A stretch of 64,000 nt of DNA. Source: an uncultured virus (IMG/VR IMGVR_UViG_3300020416_000007) (lineage: Duplodnaviria > Heunggongvirae > Uroviricota > Caudoviricetes). Made by a program: the position numbers and the translations under genes. Of this stretch, positions 58,341-64,000 are shown one piece after another; position 1 is the first letter of the stretch; every line of letters begins with the position of its first letter. Location of the stretch: IMG/VR virus record IMGVR_UViG_3300020416_000007, one strand, 5' to 3'. Under the pieces are notes generated by a model. The model saw nothing but the letters and a program-made list of their open reading frames with translations, ran no database searches and had not been told where the DNA came from.

Positions 58341-58773
58341 TCCAGTAACCAAGCGCCGCTTGTTTAATACAATGGAACCTACAGTTCAAATGCTTGGTAG
58401 GTGGCAACCGTGGCATCCTGGCCACACAGAATTATTTAAAAAAGCACATGCAATGACTGGTCAAGTTTGCATTCAAATCAGGACTGTACCGCAAAATCGT
58501 GAAGCTAATTCACGAGTACCTGGTCAAGATGATAACCCATGGATAGTTGAAGATGTAAAGCAAAATATTATTAATCATTTATCAGAAGAGGGGTTTACAG
58601 AAGGGTTTGAATATGTTATAATGGTAGTACCAAACATTGTAGACATAGCATATGGACGCGGTGTTGGCTACACATTTACAGAGCACGATCTTGGTGAACA
58701 GATACACGCAATCTCAGCAACTAAAATACGTGCAGATTTAAGAAAGGCTGGCAAGCTTGCAGACAAATCTTGA
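58333..58773 (+). CDS. HxGH-class nucleotidyltransferase
   Basis: GRWQPWHPGH and ISATKIR. Confidence 0.75.
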   Translation: MFNPVTKRRLFNTMEPTVQMLGRWQPWHPGHTELFKKAHAMTGQVCIQIRTVPQNREANSRVPGQDDNPWIVEDVKQNIINHLSEEGFTEGFEYVIMVVPNIVDIAYGRGVGYTFTEHDLGEQIHAISATKIRADLRKAGKLADKS

Positions 58774-60133
58774 ACTAACAATTTTAAGAAACATCTTAAC
58801 AGATGAAAAGTATATGCGTAAGGTTCTACCTTTCGTAAAACCAGATTATTTTGAGGGTATATACAGAATACTCTTTAAAGAAGCTGGTAAGTTTGTTGGA
58901 AAATATAATAAGCTTCCTACAATAGAAACTTTTAAAATTGAGTTAGATCAGTCTGATAGAATTGGTGGAGAAAATTATACAGTTGCTGTAGATTTATTAC
59001 CACAATTATTTTCTAGTGAAAAGATAGATGAGGAATGGTTACTTAATAATACAGAAAAATGGTGCCAAGATAGAGCGATATATAATGCTGTCATGGAATC
59101 GATATCGATTATTGACGGTAAACATGAATCACTAACTAAAGGTGCTTTACCTGAATTATTACAAAAAGCATTAGGTGTAGCTTTCGATACTAACGTCGGT
59201 CACGATTACATACAGAATGTAGAAGAAAGATGGGATTTCTATAATAAACAAGAAGAAAGGATACCATTTGACATCGAATATTTTAATAAAATCACTAAAG
59301 GCGGTGTTCCAAATAAAACTCTTAACATTGCTCTTGCCGGCACTGGTGTTGGTAAGTCTCTTTTCATGTGCCACGTTGCCTCTTCTGCCTTAGTTGACGG
59401 TAAAAATGTTTTATATATTACTATGGAAATGGCAGAAGAACGTATAGCAGAACGTATCGATGCAAACTTATTGAATGTACCAATTGATCAATTAGAAACA
59501 ATGCCAAAGACTATGTTTACTGAAAAAGTAAAACAGCTGTCAACTAAAACTACTGGTCAATTAATCATTAAGGAATACCCTACCGGTTCTGCACATGCTG
59601 GTCATTTTCGTGCATTATTAAATGAATTAAAATTAAAGCGACAATTTGAACCAGATATTATTTTTATTGATTACTTAAATATTTGTGCATCATCACGAAT
59701 GAAAGGCATGGGAGGATCGATCAATTCATACAATTACATTAAAGCAATTGCTGAGGAATTACGTGGCCTTGCAGTGGAGTTCGACCTACCGATCTTCTCT
59801 GCAACACAAACGACTCGTTCTGGTTATAGTAACTCGGATGTTGGGCTTGAAGACACGAGCGAGTCTTTTGGATTACCCGCTACCGCTGACCTCATGTTTG
59901 CACTCATTTCAACAGAAGAACTCCAACAGCTAGGCCAAATGATGGTCAAACAATTAAAGAATAGATATAATGATCCAACACAAAATAAAAGATTTGTTAT
60001 CGGTGTAGATCGAAGCAAGATGAAATTATTTGATGTTGATCCAAATGAGCAAACGCTGACAGACGATACACCAGTGTATGATAAGACACCTGCTGGTGAA
60101 GGCATGGCAAAATTTAAGGATTGGAATATATGA
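58757..60133 (+). CDS. gp41: Replicative helicase gp41
   Basis: AGTGVGKS, ITMEMAEE, IIKEYPT, IDYLNI, SATQTTR, QLKNRY. Confidence 0.96.
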   Translation: MQTNLELTILRNILTDEKYMRKVLPFVKPDYFEGIYRILFKEAGKFVGKYNKLPTIETFKIELDQSDRIGGENYTVAVDLLPQLFSSEKIDEEWLLNNTEKWCQDRAIYNAVMESISIIDGKHESLTKGALPELLQKALGVAFDTNVGHDYIQNVEERWDFYNKQEERIPFDIEYFNKITKGGVPNKTLNIALAGTGVGKSLFMCHVASSALVDGKNVLYITMEMAEERIAERIDANLLNVPIDQLETMPKTMFTEKVKQLSTKTTGQLIIKEYPTGSAHAGHFRALLNELKLKRQFEPDIIFIDYLNICASSRMKGMGGSINSYNYIKAIAEELRGLAVEFDLPIFSATQTTRSGYSNSDVGLEDTSESFGLPATADLMFALISTEELQQLGQMMVKQLKNRYNDPTQNKRFVIGVDRSKMKLFDVDPNEQTLTDDTPVYDKTPAGEGMAKFKDWNI

Positions 60134-60879
60134 ATGATTTGATTTTTACTAACTGTGAAGACTTCTTAGAAAGTCAAAAAGTTCTTGAACGCTTATACGT
60201 ATTTGATGTTGATGGAACACTAACTGCTAGCCGGCAGAAGATGGATCCAGATTTTAAAGAGTTCTTTATAGAGTTTTGTAAGAACAACGCTGTTTATCTA
60301 ATCACAGGTTCTGATAGAGTAAAGACTTTAGAGCAAGTTGGAATTGACGTATATTATTTTGCTGATAGAGTATATAATTGTTCTGGCAATCATGTCTTTG
60401 AACAAGACAGAGAGATATATAGAACAGATTGGAGATTACCTGATCCAGCTGCATTCTTCTTATTAGATAAATTAGCGGACAGTGGATTCTATAGAAAAAC
60501 AGGACATCATATAGATGAAAGACCAGGCATGGTAAACTTTAGTATTGTTGGACGCAAATGTAATTTTGAAGAACGTGTAATGTATCGTGAATGGGATGAA
60601 CATAAGAATGAAAGAAGAATAATTGCCGAAGAGTTTAACTCTAAATTTCCTGACATTGAAGCTTTAGTTGCAGGTGAAACTGGTTTAGATATTTTTCCAC
60701 GTGGTCTTAATAAAGGACAAGTGATTGATGATTTAAAAGGTTATGATGTACATTTCTTTGGTGATAAAATGGATGAAGGTGGTAATGATTATCCACTAGC
60801 AGTGTTAAATACAAAAGGTACAAACTATCATGTGGATTGTTGGAAACATACTTGGAAATTATTAAAAGGAATGCAATGA
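60130..60879 (+). CDS. Eukaryotic-type phosphomannomutase (HAD IIB)
   Basis: FDVDGTLTASRQ, ER.GM.NFS.VGR, DIFP.G..K, HFFGDK...GGNDY. Confidence 0.82.
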   Translation: MNDLIFTNCEDFLESQKVLERLYVFDVDGTLTASRQKMDPDFKEFFIEFCKNNAVYLITGSDRVKTLEQVGIDVYYFADRVYNCSGNHVFEQDREIYRTDWRLPDPAAFFLLDKLADSGFYRKTGHHIDERPGMVNFSIVGRKCNFEERVMYREWDEHKNERRIIAEEFNSKFPDIEALVAGETGLDIFPRGLNKGQVIDDLKGYDVHFFGDKMDEGGNDYPLAVLNTKGTNYHVDCWKHTWKLLKGMQ

Positions 60880-61562
60880 AAGCTCGACTTATATCGTATA
60901 GCCAACCGACAAGCCGGATTCATACCGGAGAATTATCAGTAGGAGGATTAGACAATATCCAAGATCTCATCGCGTATTGCGCCCGTGTCTCCAATCCGTC
61001 GAACCAACTTAACACGAAGACAACTTCGAAATTACTTAGATATCTCATCAAACACAAACACTGGTCGCCATTCGAAATGGCGTCAGTCTGCATCGAAATC
61101 CAAACGACAAGAGACATCGCAAGACAACTCCTCAGACACAGATCGTTTTCATTTCAAGAGTTTTCTCAGCGGTATGCTAATATCAATGATATTACTGATT
61201 CTATTGTAATACGTAAAGCACGTTTACAAGACGAAAGCAATCGTCAGAATAGTGTTGAAACAAATGATGCAAGGTTATTAACTGTATGGGAAGAACACCA
61301 AAGAAACGTATGGTATGCTGCAATGAAAGCATACAATTGGGCTATTGAAAATGGAATAGCAAAAGAACAAGCAAGAGCTGTATTACCAGAAGGTAACACT
61401 CCGTCTAGACTATACGTCAACGGAACTATTCGAAGCTGGATACATTATATTGAATTACGATCGGCCAATGGCACGCAACAAGAACATATGGAACTCGCTA
61501 TTGCATGTGGACAAGCCATAAGCAGAATCTTTCCTACATTAGAAGATGGATCTGATGGATGA
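60876..61562 (+). CDS. thyX: Flavin-dependent thymidylate synthase
   Basis: HWSPFE, RQLLRHRSFSFQEFSQRY, KEQARAVLP, TQQEH. Confidence 0.95.
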   Translation: MKARLISYSQPTSRIHTGELSVGGLDNIQDLIAYCARVSNPSNQLNTKTTSKLLRYLIKHKHWSPFEMASVCIEIQTTRDIARQLLRHRSFSFQEFSQRYANINDITDSIVIRKARLQDESNRQNSVETNDARLLTVWEEHQRNVWYAAMKAYNWAIENGIAKEQARAVLPEGNTPSRLYVNGTIRSWIHYIELRSANGTQQEHMELAIACGQAISRIFPTLEDGSDG

Positions 61563-61764
61563 TGATAAGCCTACACTTAAAGAAGCATGTAGAATATACT
61601 TTTTAGTTAAAGGCCACATTGACATAAGTGATGAACAAGCATTTTCATCATATAATAGTTACTTCAGACGTCTTTGGTTTGCAGGAAGTGACGGAGCACC
61701 GTTGTACGAGAAAGAAGATGCTTTTGAAGAAGCTTGGAGAAATAAATATAAGGATAAATCATGA
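61546..61764 (+). CDS. Hypothetical protein
   Basis: Overlapping small ORF in the gene run. Confidence 0.5.
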   Translation: MDLMDDDKPTLKEACRIYFLVKGHIDISDEQAFSSYNSYFRRLWFAGSDGAPLYEKEDAFEEAWRNKYKDKS

Positions 61765-61961
61765 AAGAATTTCTATTAGTAGTTTCAATGTGGGGTAATG
61801 ATGGAACAGATTGGGTGTACATTGGAAACCAATACATTATGCAAGAGTTGTTTAGTAAAGAACAATGTGAAATAATCGCCAATAATAACAATTGGCAAAA
61901 GGTAGAAACTAATCAATATTATGGATTACAATTTGATTGTTTTCATAAGGACGATAGATGA
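61761..61961 (+). CDS. Hypothetical protein
   Basis: ATGA overlap, aagga SD. Confidence 0.55.
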   Translation: MKEFLLVVSMWGNDGTDWVYIGNQYIMQELFSKEQCEIIANNNNWQKVETNQYYGLQFDCFHKDDR

Positions 61962-62098
61962 CAAAGCTATTCTGTAAACTAAGAAAGGTAATTAAAACTT
62001 GGTTGAGTAAGAAAGATGATGAACAAGTAAAATACTTATCAGGTAAAAAGAAAAAAGTGATATAAATGTAACAGTAATAAAAAATAGAAAAAGGGGGG

Positions 62099-62127
62099 TT
62101 TACATCTCCCTTTTTTTGTGGTAGTCT
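62099..62127 (+). promoter_or_regulatory. Sigma70-like promoter embedded in a terminator-like hairpin
   Basis: TTTACA-17nt-TAGTCT; aaaaaggg...cccttttt surrounds the -35 box. Confidence 0.55.
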
Positions 62128-62150
62128 AAAACTCTAATGAGGAGAAAAAT

Positions 62151-62327
62151 ATGATAACCAGAACTTTTGATATTGACTTTAATGCGTCTATAAATGATTT
62201 AATTGTTTTCTTAACAAAACATAAGGCCACATTAATTTCACTTAATCCACAACCAACATTACCATTACCTTCTATTACTATTAGGTTTCCAAAATCACAA
62301 CTAAAAAATATTCAAAAAATATTTTAA
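62151..62327 (+). CDS. Small hypothetical protein (58 aa, not in ORF track)
   Basis: gaggag SD, ATG at 62151, open frame MITRTFDIDF...QKIF to TAA. Confidence 0.55.
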   Translation: MITRTFDIDFNASINDLIVFLTKHKATLISLNPQPTLPLPSITIRFPKSQLKNIQKIF

Positions 62328-62334
62328 TTAGGGG

Positions 62335-62363
62335 TTTACATTTCAATTGAAATATGGTAGAAT
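62335..62363 (+). promoter_or_regulatory. Sigma70-like promoter before SleB-like gene
   Basis: TTTACA-17nt-TAGAAT. Confidence 0.8.
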
Positions 62364-62385
62364 ATAAATTATTGAGGAGTGCAGG

Positions 62386-62907
62386 ATGTTTAATAAAATA
62401 AAAGCAGGCGTTTTATGTGCGGCAATTATGATGCCGGCACCGATCGCCGTACAAGCTGATACAAGCGAAGCATTAAATGAACAGAAGTGTATAGCGGACA
62501 ATATATATTGGGAAGCTAGAAATCAAACAGTGAAAGGAATGATAGGTGTTGCTCTTGTTACACGTAATAGGGTTGTTGATAGTCGCTTCCCAAATTCGTA
62601 TTGTGGTGTGGTGTTACAAGGACCTACGCGTCCAACTTGGCGGGATCCAGACGTTAGAATCCCTGTTAAGCACCGCTGCCAGTTTTCTTGGTATTGTGAT
62701 GGCAAGTCTGATATTATACCTACTTACGACAACGATTTATATACCGTTGCTCTTGCCATTGCTTTCAGAGTATATCATGGTTCTTTTAATGATTTTACTC
62801 ACGGGGCAACACATTACCACGCTACCTATGTAAGGCCGGCGTGGGCAAAAACTAAAACTAGAACTACTAAAGTAGGGAGGCATATATTTTATAGATGGGA
62901 AAGATAA
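62386..62907 (+). CDS. SleB-like cell wall hydrolase (Hydrolase_2) with signal peptide
   Basis: C.A.NIYWEAR, V..V..NRV...FP...C.VV.Q, CQFSW.CDG, GATHYHA.YV.P.W, HIFY. Confidence 0.9.
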   Translation: MFNKIKAGVLCAAIMMPAPIAVQADTSEALNEQKCIADNIYWEARNQTVKGMIGVALVTRNRVVDSRFPNSYCGVVLQGPTRPTWRDPDVRIPVKHRCQFSWYCDGKSDIIPTYDNDLYTVALAIAFRVYHGSFNDFTHGATHYHATYVRPAWAKTKTRTTKVGRHIFYRWER

Positions 62908-63263
62908 AAGCTAATACTAAACAGGAAAGGTACTACACAGGTATGCTACGTATGATGAGAGAAGCAGACGCTGCTGAAGCTGCTGAAAAGAATATTGACT
63001 ATAAGTTCAATGAAGGTGATCTTATAAAAGAGTTTAAAAAGTATATTGATTCGACTTATACTTCTCACTATTCAAAAGATAAATTTCAAGCTACTGAGTT
63101 TATCATGGACGGTGGCCATGGCACAGGCTTTTGCATTGGTAACGTTATGAAGTACGCTCAACGTTATGGTAAAAAAGGTACGCGCACTGACGCTAGAAAA
63201 GATTTAATGAAAGTATTGCACTATGCATTAATGCAATTATATGTGCATGATCAAGAGTTATGA
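62895..63263 (+). CDS. DUF3310-like conserved T4-like phage protein
   Basis: YIDSTY..HY, GFC.GN..KY..RYGKK...DL.K..HY. Confidence 0.7.
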   Translation: MGKIKANTKQERYYTGMLRMMREADAAEAAEKNIDYKFNEGDLIKEFKKYIDSTYTSHYSKDKFQATEFIMDGGHGTGFCIGNVMKYAQRYGKKGTRTDARKDLMKVLHYALMQLYVHDQEL

Positions 63264-63580
63264 TAGAATTAGCCTTAGGCATTTCATTACATCTAGGATT
63301 GGAGGATCAATATAATTGGTTACATCCACATGTTAGATATACTAATTGGAATGACTATATGGTTGGTGCTTACTATAACTCAGAGAGTGCAGTAAGCACG
63401 TATTTTGGTTATAGGTGGGAACTTGAAGATTGGGGATTAGAAGCTGCAATAGTAACTGGATATTCGTATAATGAGATTATACCATACGCTAGAGTTACAT
63501 ACGACAATTGGTATATTGCACCAGCTTTAGAAGATGATGCTAGTGGAATTGTTTTTGGATACGAGTTTAAACTAAACTAA
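63260..63580 (+). CDS. Small putative outer-membrane beta-barrel protein
   Basis: Alternating aromatic beta strands, GAYYNS, VTGY, terminal GYEFK. Confidence 0.5.
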   Translation: MIELALGISLHLGLEDQYNWLHPHVRYTNWNDYMVGAYYNSESAVSTYFGYRWELEDWGLEAAIVTGYSYNEIIPYARVTYDNWYIAPALEDDASGIVFGYEFKLN

Positions 63581-63999
63581 TCCGATAGTGGATTGTCTAA
63601 TGCCTCTTGTAAACGTTCAAAGATTTCTTTATCTAATGCTTTCATATCACTTCTAATATCTTTGTCAGTTTGACGAACACCTGATTCAACTTCTCTTATA
63701 GATTGTGTAACATCTTTCTGTAATTGATTCATTTCGTTTCTTATACCTTCAAGCGTGTTACCAATACTATTTTGTGTTGTTTTAATTCTTGCTTCAGAGT
63801 CTTCCATATTAGTGCTGATCTTATCGCGTAGATCTGCCATTGTGTCTTGATTATCTTTTAACGTTAATCTAAATCTCTCTTCAAAAGTATCTAATTTAGC
63901 ATACACATCATTACGTAAAGATCGTACAGTCTTTTCTGCTCTCTGTATTTGTTCTTCTAAAAGAACGAATTGTCCTTCAATCCTCGAAACATCATTAGC
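63577..63999 (-). CDS. Coiled-coil protein, 5' truncated by window edge
   Basis: Frame stays open to the window end; helical heptad character; ends ALDNPLSD. Confidence 0.6.
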   Translation of the reverse strand, partial: ANDVSRIEGQFVLLEEQIQRAEKTVRSLRNDVYAKLDTFEERFRLTLKDNQDTMADLRDKISTNMEDSEARIKTTQNSIGNTLEGIRNEMNQLQKDVTQSIREVESGVRQTDKDIRSDMKALDKEIFERLQEALDNPLSD

Positions 64000-64000
64000 T

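Noticed and set aside
61958..62065. 35-aa Lys-rich ORF after the 61761 gene
   Set aside because: It overlaps the upstream stop plausibly but is too short and featureless to support.
1312..62833. Many short minus-strand and alternate-frame ORFs in the ORF track
   Set aside because: They lie within well-supported plus-strand genes and show no motifs or SD; they are shadow ORFs.
1..64000. CRISPR arrays, tRNA or rRNA genes
   Set aside because: Intergenic gaps are short, and I saw no repeat-spacer pattern or cloverleaf; a covariance search was not run.
1..64000. Stop-codon reassignment
   Set aside because: Core genes are intact in the standard code, and TAA, TAG and TGA all terminate recognisable genes.

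Overview
64 kb, AT-rich, almost entirely plus-strand segment of a T4-like myophage genome, probably marine. Order: modular virion/fibre genes; the T4 neck-terminase-sheath-tube-portal-prohead-capsid block (gp13-gp23, gp3); more virion genes including a 1901-aa protein; uvsY/uvsW, gp55, gp47/46/45/44/62, regA; a host-like stress/redox island (Hsp20 with a ROSE-like RNA thermometer, DUF1127, DoxX, kinase-like, pseudoazurin, GH19 endolysin); gp43; kdsA, cupin, MazG-like pyrophosphatase, AEP-like primase, small membrane proteins; a DNA-modification operon; uvsX, gp41, PMM, thyX and a SleB-like hydrolase. Accessory genes point to an alphaproteobacterial (Rhodobacterales-like) host. The most interesting element is the promoter-bounded operon at 49505-56496. 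It encodes a T4 gp42-type dCMP hydroxymethylase, dCMP deaminase, a SMUG1-motif mini-glycosylase, an alpha-glucosyltransferase homolog, UDP-glucuronate 4-epimerase-like and UDP-glucose dehydrogenase-like enzymes, and an atypical C5-methyltransferase-fold protein. The transferase and the MTase-fold protein both end in a polymerase-like clamp-binding peptide. This suggests replication-coupled decoration of hydroxymethylcytosine with an acidic (uronic) sugar. All family calls come from motif recognition and synteny; no database search was run.
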